Origin: Candidatus Brocadiia bacterium
GTDB taxonomy: Bacteria > Planctomycetota > Brocadiia > SM23-32
Assembly: GCA_046538485.1 (NCBI GenBank)
Contig: JBKHIT010000013.1
Coordinates: forward strand, 1 to 64,000
DNA: 64,000 nt
Reading direction: 5' to 3'
Shown: in pieces, positions 50,045 through 60,282 of the stretch
Numbering within the stretch: the first letter of the stretch is position 1
Layout: every line of letters starts with the position of its first letter
Made by a program: the position numbers and the translations under genes
Notes under the pieces: generated by a model
What the model was told of the DNA's origin: nothing
Databases searched by the model: none
The model's input: only the letters and a program-made list of their open reading frames with translations

Positions 50045-51500
50045 TCTTGGTTACGGCGATGTCGCGTGTCTGAATCCCCGCTGCAGAATCCCCACCCCCA
50101 ACCTGGACCGACTGGCTTCGGGGGGGATGACGTTCACCGATGCCCACGCAAGTTCCTCGGTCTGCTCCCCGTCACGCTACGGGGTTCTGACCGGACGTTA
50201 TAACTGGCGGAGCTGTTTGCAAAAGGGGATTGTTGGCACTTACGGCCCCGCACTGATAGGACGCGAACAACTGACCGTGCCGCGTTTGCTCGGACAGGCC
50301 GACTACAACTCCGCCTGCGTTGGAAAATGGCATCTTGGGTGGGATTGGCCGCTGGAGATGTCGGAATATTTCCGTCCCGATCGGGATAATCCAACCCCGC
50401 AGGTAACACAAGATACGCTCGATGCCTGGGAGGAGGCCTTTTCGCAGCCGATCGATGAAGGACCCACCACTCGCGGATTCGACACGTATTTCGGGGTCGA
50501 TGTGCCGAACTGGCCGCCGTATGCTTTCATCGAGGACGACCGTTTGCAGGGTGTGCCGACCGAATATCTCCCGGCGGATTTGATCGGTAATAATCAGGCC
50601 AGTGTCCCGGGACCGGCGCTTGAGGGCTGGAAACTCGAAGCTATTTTGCCGGCGCTGAGGGATAGAGCCTGCGATTATATTGCAGAAAGCGCCCGCAAAG
50701 AGGCGCCGTTCTTCCTCTACATGCCGCTGACGTCTCCCCACACACCTCTCGCTGTGAATGATGAATGGAAAGGTGAAAGCGGACTGAATCTATACGCCGA
50801 TTTTGTGATGGAGACCGATGATGTGATCGGGGATGTCCTCGACGCGGTCGACGAAAGCGGCGCGTCTGACAATACACTTGTAATGTTCGCGAGCGATAAC
50901 GGCTGCGCCCCCTACATCGGGGTCCCGGAACTTGAAGATATGGGGCATTACCCGAGCGCGCACTACCGGGGTTACAAAGCCGATGCCTGGGACGGCGGAC
51001 ACCGCATTCCTCTCTTCGCGCGATGGCCCAAAGAGATCCAGGCCGATAGCAAATGCGCTCAGGCCGTCTGTCTCACCGATCTGCTGGCAACCTGCGGCGA
51101 TATCACTGGCAAAGAGATCCCGGAAGAGTCGGGAGAGGATAGTTTCAGCATCCTGCGGCTTCTGAATGGTCGGGATGAGATGACCCGTGAAGAAGTGATT
51201 CATCATTCCATCTCCGGCAAATTTGCCATCCGTACTGGCAAGTGGAAACTGGTTTTATGCCCCGGTTCCGGCGGCTGGGCGAGCCCTACAGACGAAGAGG
51301 CAATCGAACAGGGCCTGCCGCCAATACAACTCTACGATATGGAACAAGATCCCGGGGAACAGAATAATCTGGAATCAGAACGCGAAGACGTCGTGGAGAA
51401 GTTGAGCAATCATCTTGCGGATCTCGTGAACAAAGGCCGCAGCACGCCCGGCAAACCGTTGGAAAACGATGTCGAGGTGGATATTTGGAAACGGGGTTGA
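50004..51500 (+). CDS. Cys-type arylsulfatase
   Basis: PNIVFILADDLGYGD, CSPSRYGVLTGRY, GKWHLG, SDNG, GGHRIP. Confidence 0.93.
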   Translation: MAKNPNIVFILADDLGYGDVACLNPRCRIPTPNLDRLASGGMTFTDAHASSSVCSPSRYGVLTGRYNWRSCLQKGIVGTYGPALIGREQLTVPRLLGQADYNSACVGKWHLGWDWPLEMSEYFRPDRDNPTPQVTQDTLDAWEEAFSQPIDEGPTTRGFDTYFGVDVPNWPPYAFIEDDRLQGVPTEYLPADLIGNNQASVPGPALEGWKLEAILPALRDRACDYIAESARKEAPFFLYMPLTSPHTPLAVNDEWKGESGLNLYADFVMETDDVIGDVLDAVDESGASDNTLVMFASDNGCAPYIGVPELEDMGHYPSAHYRGYKADAWDGGHRIPLFARWPKEIQADSKCAQAVCLTDLLATCGDITGKEIPEESGEDSFSILRLLNGRDEMTREEVIHHSISGKFAIRTGKWKLVLCPGSGGWASPTDEEAIEQGLPPIQLYDMEQDPGEQNNLESEREDVVEKLSNHLADLVNKGRSTPGKPLENDVEVDIWKRG

Positions 51501-51517
51501 GTCCGGGGACAGCCTAA

Positions 51518-51563
51518 CCTGCATCTTACGGATGCAGGCTATATAAAACGGCGCATGCCGTTT
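51518..51563 (+). terminator. Hairpins after the sulfatase, possible terminator
   Basis: CCTGCATC-TTACG-GATGCAGG followed by AAACGGC-GCAT-GCCGTTT; no clear U-tract. Confidence 0.4.
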
Positions 51564-51924
51564 AGGAGTAAGAGTTTACAACAACAAGAAGTGTCCGCAA
51601 TTTCCGGCCAGTGCTACTGTGCCGGAAGATGTCTGTATCTTCTTTGTGAAAGAGCAGTTAAAGCCAATCGTTTCTCAATGTAGCGTTCGCCTCGTTGCTG
51701 ATCACTAATTTTAAGTTGTCAGATTTATGCGCCGTTTTTTTAGCCCGGATTTTTGGCTGAGAAGGGTTATGAACGGTCTTCAATAAAGATTCTATCCTGA
51801 TTTGGCAAGAATGGCTTCCAATTATCCGTAAAATCCGGGCTAGCCAAGCGAAACCTTCTCCGGCCCCCGGGGGGGCGCCGGGTGAAGAAGCTTTCGCCAG
51901 GATACCAACGTCGCCGGCCGGAAA

Positions 51925-51953
51925 TTTACGACAGAAGAAGGGCTTGTTATAAT
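51925..51953 (+). promoter_or_regulatory. Extended -10 sigma70 promoter without the shared operator
   Basis: TTTACG, 17 bp, TATAAT preceded by TGn. Confidence 0.6.
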
Positions 51954-52029
51954 GGAATCAGACGTAATGCCGGAATTTTTCGCCCGGTAGGAAAGTTGTT
52001 CGTTGTTTTCACGGAGGTTGATAACGAAA

Positions 52030-55000
52030 ATGCGGGGATTCCGAACGTTTACCGTACTGCTTGCCGGGTTTCTCTCTCTGCTGGCAGTTTTCCCTGCAAT
52101 GGCGAAGAAAAATTACGGTTACGGGGAATGCTGGTGGCGAGAATACCGATACCACGATAATACCCAATTGCTGCTCCATTTCGGCGCGCCGCAGGTCAGC
52201 GGACGTGATAAACTCGCAAAAAAGGTCAAAAAAACGCGCAAAGAAGAAGCGGTGTTCGATGATCTGGATCCCGGCAGTGACGAGGGACTCGGTGTGGATG
52301 AGATCGAGCCGGATCCGATGGCGTTCCAGAAAGGACCCCAGATCGATCCTGAGAAAGTTCCCGCGGATCAGGTGCAAGATTACGCTCATGCCAAACATCG
52401 AATCCGGCTGCCGGAGGGGATGCGGAAAATCGATGAGGGACGGTTCGGCGGGGGGCTGCTCTGCACGGGCGGCCAGGGAATGATGATCAAAACAGGTGCC
52501 CCCAATTCCATCGAACTGAATTTCAACATTTCCGAATTTCCCGATGAGACCCAGTGTCTGTGGTCCACGCAAAATGATGAAGCGCGGCTCCTGCTCCATC
52601 CGGACGGTCGACTCGAGTTCAAACTGAAAGAACCCCACGGCCATCCCGCCAAAAACCCGAACCGCAAGACAGCCCTGACCGAGGCCGAACTCAAGGCTAT
52701 AATGGCCCGCGACGCCCAAATCATCTCCAAAAAACCGGTTTCCCTGAACCGCTGGGTCCACGCAAGAGTCTACCGTCATCCGCATCCGACTCCGGGTGGC
52801 GGATCACCGTGGGACGCGCGCCTGGTCATCGACGGGAAAACGGTCGATCGATACCTCAGCGAACGCTATAACATGTATCGGTTTTTCGGACGCCGCGAGG
52901 TGCGGATGGTGCTTGCTAACAGCGCGGCCGGCGACCAGGGGTTTGTGGGGAAAATCGATGAATGCCGTCTGATCGGCCGGCATAAGACGTTCTACGAGCG
53001 CCCACCGATGCCGTGGCGCGATTCCGAACATGAACTCCAGTTCGGACGACCCTGGTTCCGAAACGATAGTCTCCTGTTCCGGGCGACCCTCGGGAAAAGA
53101 AGCGATTATGTCGTGAATGAGGGGAATGCGGGGCCGATTCAGCTCGATCTGAAAGGCGGGAAACTGGAAGGTCTCATCGTCGGCGGAATCCGCGGGAAAG
53201 GCTGGGTGATGGATCCGGTGATCGGGTTTCCGCGATTTCCCCTGGATGGGATGAGTGCCGAAGAAGGCGCACTCGAGTTCTGGATGCGTCCCGTCAACTG
53301 GGACGATTGCACCGGCTACTGGCACCATTCCCCGCCGTCCCACAGGCACCTGACCGTCGCGCGTTTTTTTGGGCGAGATCGACGCGACGGAAAAGTCAAA
53401 CGTTTCATGAGTGTGCGTCTCCAGCGTGCCCACAACCTCGAACGCGGTCGCCGACCCCTTGATCCGGGACACTGGATGCACATTGTTGTCAGCTGGCACA
53501 AAGGGAACCGAAAATGGGCGGGCCTGCGGGTGCAACCGGTCGGGGAACGCGCGAAAAGCCACGGTATCCGACGCGATCCCGAACTAATCGCCAATGTCGA
53601 TCCCCTCTACGTCCAGTTTGGCGTCCCCGATAACGTCACGGTGAAATGGCATCAGAAACCGCGTATCGAAATCGATGAAGTCGTGGGATATAAACTGCCG
53701 CTGGCTAAGGACGAACGACAGCAGGCTTTCCGACGCTGGACCGGGAAGATCGATCCGATCCGGCTCTACGAAGATAGACTCCACTTCAAATGGTCTCTGC
53801 AGAAGCTCGAATACACCTGGAAACCGAGGCTGCCAAGGGAAAGGACGGCGAAGGAAGTGGAGCTTACTTTAAAACGTCGGTCTGGAGAGAACTGGAAGAG
53901 AATGGGCGAGACTCGAAATGTCCCGATTCGGAAAGGCAGAGCTTTCGCTGTCTTACACCGCGAAACAAAACTCCCCGAAGGGCGCTATCGGGTGGAGTTC
54001 ACTGCGCGAAACGATGCGGGCGAGACGGTGCTGAAGGGAAGCCGCCACTGGGATTATGAGGAAAAACCCTGGCGACATTACAGCGGCGGGATACTGAACA
54101 CGCCTCCGCATCCGTGGATCCCTATCGAGAGAGATGGTGGCGAGTTCCGGACCCGAATGACTACATACAGGCTGGCGGAGAACGGTCTGCCGCAAAGAAT
54201 CGAGGCGAAAGGGGAAAATCTGCTGGCCTCTCCGATCCGTCTGCTCGAAGACGGCGTCCCGATGGATTCCGGGAACTATACAGTGGGCGAGGAAAACCCG
54301 ACAGAAGTGCGCTGGCGCTCGCAATTCCGCGGCAAGACCGCGGACGTGCGCATGCAGTGCCGGCTGGAATTCGACGGGATGGTCCGTTACGAGCTGCGGA
54401 TCGAACCGAAAGGCAAAGTCCAACCGCTGAGTTTCGAGATTCCTATCAAATCCAAACGTGCCCGTCGTTACCTGTACTATCCGATGGGCTCGCGCGGGGT
54501 GAAGACCGGGGTGATAAGGCCGCAATCCAAAACCATTCTTCAGTCCCGGGTCGATCCAATATCCTGGCGGCAGTACAAAAGAGCACGACGCAAGAATCGG
54601 AAATTGAGCTGGGGCGAATATCGCAGGCAGCAACGCCAGAACCGAAAAGCTTACGGGTTTTACGGGCACGTGGATGTCCACGATATGAACCGGGGACTTT
54701 TCTGGTTCTGCGACAATGCGGCGGGCTGGCATCAGTCAAAGACGAAAAGCGCCATCGAGATTGTGCGCCGCGATGATGGTGTGGTTGCGATGCGGTTCAA
54801 TCTTGTGGCCGAGCCGGTGGATTACGAATATGAGCGTCCCATCGTGTTCGCGATTATCCCGCATCCGGCCCGGCCTATGCCCGATAAATATCGGCTCTAT
54901 GACCGGGTTTCGTCCGAGAAAGATCCCAAAGCCTGCAGCGTGTTCGATGCTTTCCGCCCGTGGCCGATGGATCCGAAGTACGGAAACATGAAAATTTTTC

Positions 55001-56334
55001 CCGCCGCCGACCCGAAAAAACCCGAAGAAGGCCCGAGCTGGGAGTATGCCGAACGATGCGTGCCAATCATGAAAAGCGCCAAACCCGTCGGCTACCGGAC
55101 CATGTATCTATCGCTGAAATGGATGAGCTGCCGGGCCGGAGCCTACGACGGCTGGGAGTGGCGGAGCGGTAACAGCGGAGCGGCGTCGCTGACTCACAGT
55201 TTTGTGAATTACCTCTGCTGGGAGATGAACGAATGGATCGGCCGGAATATTTTTGACGCGGTCTATCTCGATGAATGTTACGAGGAACAGCTGCGCAATC
55301 TCGAGGCCGGGATGTCGGTGCGGTTGCCCGACGGCGGACATCAGCCTGGGGTCGATAATTTTCACTTCCGGGAGCTGATGAAACGGTGGTACGGCTTATT
55401 CATCAAACACGATCAAACACCCATGCTTCTCGCTCATTGCACGCACAGTTTTCAGTATCCGGGTCTGCTCTACACGCAGGCCTATCTCGACGGGGAAAAT
55501 TCGCCGATTGTGAGCCTGAAAAGCCGCGATTGGATCGACAGCACGAGCAAACAGAGATTCGAAACCGTCCAGAACGGCTACCTCTGGGGAACCACGCCCT
55601 TCTACATGCCGTATATCAGCGAGGGCGGTTTTGCGGAAGAGAAAGATGAATTCAAGGTCTGGCAATGGCGCATGGCCCGCCAGGCCCAGAGTATGTTCGC
55701 CCACTACGAAGTGGGAACCGTCTACGAAGGACAGGGCGCCGGGGTCTATCGGTCCTACTGGAACGATTTGCTCAAATGGGGCGTGGGTGATCCGGATCAG
55801 GTGCCCTTCTATCCCTATTGGAACAACGGGGAATATCTGAACGCTCGGTTCCGCCCCCGGGGAGAGAATGAAGGCACAAGCCGGGACCAGAGCGGCCCTC
55901 CGGCAAATCCAGATTGGGAAGAGGGCCATACGGGCGATCTGCGGGTTTCGTTCTACCGGCGGGGCAAAAAGATTCTGCTCATCGCCAGCAATAATCGCAA
56001 GAAAGATGTTGTGGTCGAAATCCAGTTCGAAGAAAACGGGCTGGCACTTCCGGACAATCCGGAAGCGCGGAGCGTGGATAGCACGTTCAATCCACCTCCG
56101 GGCAGTGATTACCAAAAAACAGATACGAAAAGGGCCACGGCCGATCTTGCCGAAGAAGGCGATTTGCTGGGCGGCGAAGATGAGACCGGAGTGGCGACAA
56201 CGCCGGACGAATTGTTCAATGATCCCGTCGAGACCAAAAAGCGCAGTAAGAATTGGTGGAAACCTACAACCAATAGTAGAGTACTGACCGTACCGATACG
56301 TGCCCGGGACTATCGCGTCATTGCGATTGAATGA
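52030..56334 (+). CDS. Large exported protein: LamG-like domains + DUF6067-like (GH123-related) region
   Basis: Signal peptide from ATG 52030 ending AMA; GALEFWMRPVNW; EFDGMVRYEL, WFCDNAAGW, DAVYLDE, FYPYW. Confidence 0.65.
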   Translation: MRGFRTFTVLLAGFLSLLAVFPAMAKKNYGYGECWWREYRYHDNTQLLLHFGAPQVSGRDKLAKKVKKTRKEEAVFDDLDPGSDEGLGVDEIEPDPMAFQKGPQIDPEKVPADQVQDYAHAKHRIRLPEGMRKIDEGRFGGGLLCTGGQGMMIKTGAPNSIELNFNISEFPDETQCLWSTQNDEARLLLHPDGRLEFKLKEPHGHPAKNPNRKTALTEAELKAIMARDAQIISKKPVSLNRWVHARVYRHPHPTPGGGSPWDARLVIDGKTVDRYLSERYNMYRFFGRREVRMVLANSAAGDQGFVGKIDECRLIGRHKTFYERPPMPWRDSEHELQFGRPWFRNDSLLFRATLGKRSDYVVNEGNAGPIQLDLKGGKLEGLIVGGIRGKGWVMDPVIGFPRFPLDGMSAEEGALEFWMRPVNWDDCTGYWHHSPPSHRHLTVARFFGRDRRDGKVKRFMSVRLQRAHNLERGRRPLDPGHWMHIVVSWHKGNRKWAGLRVQPVGERAKSHGIRRDPELIANVDPLYVQFGVPDNVTVKWHQKPRIEIDEVVGYKLPLAKDERQQAFRRWTGKIDPIRLYEDRLHFKWSLQKLEYTWKPRLPRERTAKEVELTLKRRSGENWKRMGETRNVPIRKGRAFAVLHRETKLPEGRYRVEFTARNDAGETVLKGSRHWDYEEKPWRHYSGGILNTPPHPWIPIERDGGEFRTRMTTYRLAENGLPQRIEAKGENLLASPIRLLEDGVPMDSGNYTVGEENPTEVRWRSQFRGKTADVRMQCRLEFDGMVRYELRIEPKGKVQPLSFEIPIKSKRARRYLYYPMGSRGVKTGVIRPQSKTILQSRVDPISWRQYKRARRKNRKLSWGEYRRQQRQNRKAYGFYGHVDVHDMNRGLFWFCDNAAGWHQSKTKSAIEIVRRDDGVVAMRFNLVAEPVDYEYERPIVFAIIPHPARPMPDKYRLYDRVSSEKDPKACSVFDAFRPWPMDPKYGNMKIFPAADPKKPEEGPSWEYAERCVPIMKSAKPVGYRTMYLSLKWMSCRAGAYDGWEWRSGNSGAASLTHSFVNYLCWEMNEWIGRNIFDAVYLDECYEEQLRNLEAGMSVRLPDGGHQPGVDNFHFRELMKRWYGLFIKHDQTPMLLAHCTHSFQYPGLLYTQAYLDGENSPIVSLKSRDWIDSTSKQRFETVQNGYLWGTTPFYMPYISEGGFAEEKDEFKVWQWRMARQAQSMFAHYEVGTVYEGQGAGVYRSYWNDLLKWGVGDPDQVPFYPYWNNGEYLNARFRPRGENEGTSRDQSGPPANPDWEEGHTGDLRVSFYRRGKKILLIASNNRKKDVVVEIQFEENGLALPDNPEARSVDSTFNPPPGSDYQKTDTKRATADLAEEGDLLGGEDETGVATTPDELFNDPVETKKRSKNWWKPTTNSRVLTVPIRARDYRVIAIE

Positions 56335-56639
56335 GGCGAGCTGTTATCCCAACCGGGCAGTTCTCTGTCAAATCCCCCCTCGGAAGTTCTTGGCCAGCTT
56401 CTTTGGTAGGCCTTGACAGAATCGCTTCAGAGGCCATACTAAGGCGCCAAGTTTGCTCGCCACTGATTAATCGAGAAAGAATTTGGGAATGAGCGACGAT
56501 CGGGCATAAAGCCATCTGCCGATTCCCGGCCATCAGCGTCCGAAAAGTGCGTATTGAGATCGAGAAGGCAGATGGACCCATTAGAATGCGCAACGTGGAA
56601 CTGCATTTCGCCGGAGAATGAGCTGTACAGTAATGACTG

Positions 56640-56715
56640 GAAGGGACTCCTGAGATTGAGAGCCGGCCTGAGAATTGTAAGTCCCCTTCGTCCCTTCAAT
56701 CCCTTGTGTCCCTCT
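56640..56715. repeat. 9-nt-periodic hairpin repeat, copy 3
   Basis: AAGGGACTCCTGAGATT...TGTAAGTCCCC followed by GTCCCTT-like units. Confidence 0.75.
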
Positions 56716-56826
56716 TTCTTTCGCCCTCAGCTTCACCTTGCCAGCGGATCACAATGACAAAAAGGTCTCCACATACTAAAATAGCCCTTTAAATATTTTT
56801 CACCCCTTTCCACAGGAGTTTTCGTA

Positions 56827-59800
56827 ATGGCTATGTCCTGGCTGCGTAAGCTGACCGCATTTTTTGCCTTTGCTTGTCTTTTCGCCGCCCATTCCCTGGC
56901 AGGGGGGCTCTCGAAGGACGAAGTGCCGGTTGTGGCGGTTCCGAGGATGAGTTCGCCGCCGAAGATTGACGGGAAAATCGGAGACAAAGAATGGCAGGAA
57001 GCGGCCGCTATCAGCGGCGTGACATCGCTGAAGAAAACCCAGCTGGTGCCCCGGCCGACAACGTTTTATCTGGCCTGGGATGAAGGACATTTTTACTTCG
57101 CTTACCGGGTGTATCTGCGGCCAAATTATAAACCGCGTGTCAGTGGACGAGGACCAACAATGGCCAAAGTGCATGACGATGGGGCGGAACTGGTGGTCAA
57201 ACCCATGGGCGAGAACGTGCGGGGCACCAACAAACGCACGGCCTACAAATTTTTCCTCAACTGTCTGGGGTTCACCGGCGATCTGACGAAACTCGAACTC
57301 GGGCAACAGTTCAAAAACTGGTCGCCTGATTTTGAGACAGCCGGCGGTATTACGGAACCCGGCACGGCTCCCAACGGCGGTTCCTGGCTCGAAGTGGAAT
57401 TGAGCTCGACACCCGCCGACTTTGAACTGGATGGGCCGCACAAAGTCGGAGATCAATGGCGCGTGATGCTGGGGATGAACCATATGCCCATCTGGATGCA
57501 GGTTCGCATCCCGGCGATCGGTTCGTATTTTGAATCTTCCGGGGCCGGTTACACACGACTCACGCTCGTGGAGGATACCCCGGCGGTCCAGTTCACAATG
57601 AATTCGCTGGATAATCTCGTCACGAACGGCACCGCTGCGCTGGAGATCAGCGCCTACAATCCGTCCAAAAACGCCGAGACGGTCGACATCGCTGTCAATG
57701 TGGCAGAAAAAATTCAGAAGGATAAAAAACTCGAACTCCCTGGAGGCAAGTCGGCCGGTTTCTCTCTTGATGAGAAACTGCCGGAAGATACAAAAAACGG
57801 GAAATTCAGCGTCGATGTGACTCAGAACAAACAGACGCTCCTGAGCTACACCGGTTTCTTCAAAGTCGGGGCGATGTCCCATGTCCTGAAACCGGTTAAG
57901 GAACGAGACCCGAATAAATTTGCGTTTTCGGTGCGTTTTAACCCGGTGCGAAAGTGGGTTTTGCTGAAAGCCGATTCCTACTATCTGCCCGATCCCGATG
58001 CGGCCGAGGCGCTGAACTACCGCATTTTCCCCGAGGGGGAACAGTGGAATGTGCTCGATCGCGGCACGGCGAGCCAGAAGGTCCAGTATTATTTTACAAA
58101 ACAGCGGGAACTTCCCGAACTTAAACCCGGGAAATACGTGGCCGAGGCTACCCTGAAATTATCCGACGGTTCTGAAGTCGGTCCCATGCGGAAGACATTC
58201 ACCAAGAAAAACGAAGCGGAAGAATATCCGGAATGGTGGGGCAAAAAGTTCGGCGATATCAACCAGGTGCTGCCTCCGTTTGAAGCCATCAAAGAGACTA
58301 AAGGATCCCGCTCGGGGTTCTTTTCCAAATCCGCCCCACGTTTCTCGTGCTGGGGGCGCCAGTATGAACTGAATGCTCTCGGACTGCCGTCCGATCTGGT
58401 GTCCCAGGGCAAGAGCATTCTGAACGGACCAGCGCGTCTGGTTGTCGTGCTCGACGGGCAAAAGCACGCCGTCAAGCTGAAAAACCCGAAAATCACAAAG
58501 AAAAAGCCCCACCGCGTTCGGTTCAAAGGAAAAGCGTCCGGAGCAGGACTCAATTTCTCCGCCCGCGGTTGGCTCGAACAGGATGGGCTGGTCTATGTTG
58601 AGCTGACATATGCACCCGAAAAGGAAACGACGGTGAGGGTGGACGCACTGCGCCTGGAGTATCCGCTGGCCGCGAAGGAGGCCCAGTGCCTGGTCTGTCT
58701 CGGGCCCGGAGGAAATTTTGCCGCCCACACAGCCAAAACCCTCCCGTCTGACAAAGAAGGACAGCTCTGGTCGACCCTCGATACCGGACGGCCCGGGAGC
58801 CAGATGACTCTTGGCAATTTTTATCCAACCGTCTGGGTCGGCAACGATAATCGCGGTTTCATGTGGTGGAGCGATACCGACAAAGGCTGGTTCCCGGTCA
58901 ATGATGAACCCGCGCACGAGACAGTCCGTGAAGATGGCAGTGTGATTTTCCGGAACAATATTATCTCGCGTCCGGTGGAGCTGACCGACTCCCAAACGAT
59001 CCGTTTCAGCTACAACGCGACTCCGTATCGCCCCTTCACGAAAGGTTGGCGAGCGGTCGGTGCGACCGAAGACGGCACGTTCGTGGTGCCGCATCGCAAG
59101 ACGCGCGTGGATGCCAATGGCGTGAAAGTAAACGATCCGCAAACGCAGAAAAACTGGATGCATCCCAATTCCACCGCCAAAGAAGAATGGGATGAACTTT
59201 ATGCCAAATGGAAGAAAGAAGCCGATTCCATCGTGCGACGTCACCAGTGGAGAGATCCCTACCGCGCGCGGAATGGTGTCAACCTGGGGCACATGTCTTT
59301 TGCGCTTCATGGTTACGGCGCCAAAACCATTTTCGGCGGACTTTATAAATATTTCGGCGCTGAATGGAGGGGCGATACGTGGAATGAATCGTATCGGGAT
59401 TACGCTATGTATCTGATGGATATGACGTTCGGGAAAGGTGGCGTGCGGAGCACTTACTGGGACATCACTTTCCCGCGTCAGTTCTCCAATCCGCTCAGTG
59501 GCCTGGGGTATTATCTGCCCGACGGACGGATTCAGCCGGAGTATAACGGCTGGAACCTGCGCCGGTTCTTCATGCGATTGCAGGCTCTGGCGAAAAAATA
59601 TGACTTGTTTCCAAACGCCGTTGGGGTCCATTCGACCAACGACTATCATCTGGTGGCCATGCCGTGGATCGATGCTGTCCTCGACGGCGAGCGGAACTGG
59701 AACATTGAAATCGCCGACGAGGACTGGGTTGACTACTATCCCATCTCCCGTATGCGGGCGATGTCTTCGCCACACAACTGGGGCGTGCCCATCTGCTGGA

Positions 59801-60282
59801 TGGCCAATATCGATGGTGGCACAAAAGAGAAACGGATAGAAGCCAAAAACGTCCAGGCCCAGTGGATCTGGATGCACGATTCCTGGCGCAATCCGTATGT
59901 CCGGCCGTTGACGCAGATGCCAACCAGCGTTCTTGACTGGGGTCTGAACGATGAACGGGTCGTGTATCATCCCTACTGGCGAAATCCTTACGTCGAAAGC
60001 GAGGATGAGGACATCCTGGTGTCGCTCTGGCAACTGCCTGACCGCGTCATTCTGGGGGTGTTCAACTACAACGGTGATAAGAGAAAGAACGTGGTGCTTA
60101 AGGTTGATCTGGACAAACTGGATCTGGTGCCGGAGAAGAAGTGGCAGGAGTTCGTGCGTGTGAGGGATTTGTGGTCCGGCGACGAGGGACCGGGAACAAG
60201 GCTCAAATTCCACGCCCGCAGTTTGTCGATCAAGAAACTCTCCCCGCACCGCCTGCGTCTGATCGGTATCCGGAGATACTGA
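56827..60282 (+). CDS. Exported protein: CBM9-like N-domain + DUF6067-like region
   Basis: Signal peptide; PKIDGKIGDKEW; EQDGLVYVEL, WWSDTDKGW, STYWD, LDGE, YHPYW. Confidence 0.65.
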   Translation: MAMSWLRKLTAFFAFACLFAAHSLAGGLSKDEVPVVAVPRMSSPPKIDGKIGDKEWQEAAAISGVTSLKKTQLVPRPTTFYLAWDEGHFYFAYRVYLRPNYKPRVSGRGPTMAKVHDDGAELVVKPMGENVRGTNKRTAYKFFLNCLGFTGDLTKLELGQQFKNWSPDFETAGGITEPGTAPNGGSWLEVELSSTPADFELDGPHKVGDQWRVMLGMNHMPIWMQVRIPAIGSYFESSGAGYTRLTLVEDTPAVQFTMNSLDNLVTNGTAALEISAYNPSKNAETVDIAVNVAEKIQKDKKLELPGGKSAGFSLDEKLPEDTKNGKFSVDVTQNKQTLLSYTGFFKVGAMSHVLKPVKERDPNKFAFSVRFNPVRKWVLLKADSYYLPDPDAAEALNYRIFPEGEQWNVLDRGTASQKVQYYFTKQRELPELKPGKYVAEATLKLSDGSEVGPMRKTFTKKNEAEEYPEWWGKKFGDINQVLPPFEAIKETKGSRSGFFSKSAPRFSCWGRQYELNALGLPSDLVSQGKSILNGPARLVVVLDGQKHAVKLKNPKITKKKPHRVRFKGKASGAGLNFSARGWLEQDGLVYVELTYAPEKETTVRVDALRLEYPLAAKEAQCLVCLGPGGNFAAHTAKTLPSDKEGQLWSTLDTGRPGSQMTLGNFYPTVWVGNDNRGFMWWSDTDKGWFPVNDEPAHETVREDGSVIFRNNIISRPVELTDSQTIRFSYNATPYRPFTKGWRAVGATEDGTFVVPHRKTRVDANGVKVNDPQTQKNWMHPNSTAKEEWDELYAKWKKEADSIVRRHQWRDPYRARNGVNLGHMSFALHGYGAKTIFGGLYKYFGAEWRGDTWNESYRDYAMYLMDMTFGKGGVRSTYWDITFPRQFSNPLSGLGYYLPDGRIQPEYNGWNLRRFFMRLQALAKKYDLFPNAVGVHSTNDYHLVAMPWIDAVLDGERNWNIEIADEDWVDYYPISRMRAMSSPHNWGVPICWMANIDGGTKEKRIEAKNVQAQWIWMHDSWRNPYVRPLTQMPTSVLDWGLNDERVVYHPYWRNPYVESEDEDILVSLWQLPDRVILGVFNYNGDKRKNVVLKVDLDKLDLVPEKKWQEFVRVRDLWSGDEGPGTRLKFHARSLSIKKLSPHRLRLIGIRRY

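Noticed and set aside
51512..51566. attC-like site starting GCCTAAC after the sulfatase
   Set aside because: The far end is GTTTAGG, not GTTRRRY; two simple hairpins explain the region better
56413..56440. Additional regulon promoter at TTGACA 56413
   Set aside because: Weak -10 box, 16-bp spacer and no operator motif
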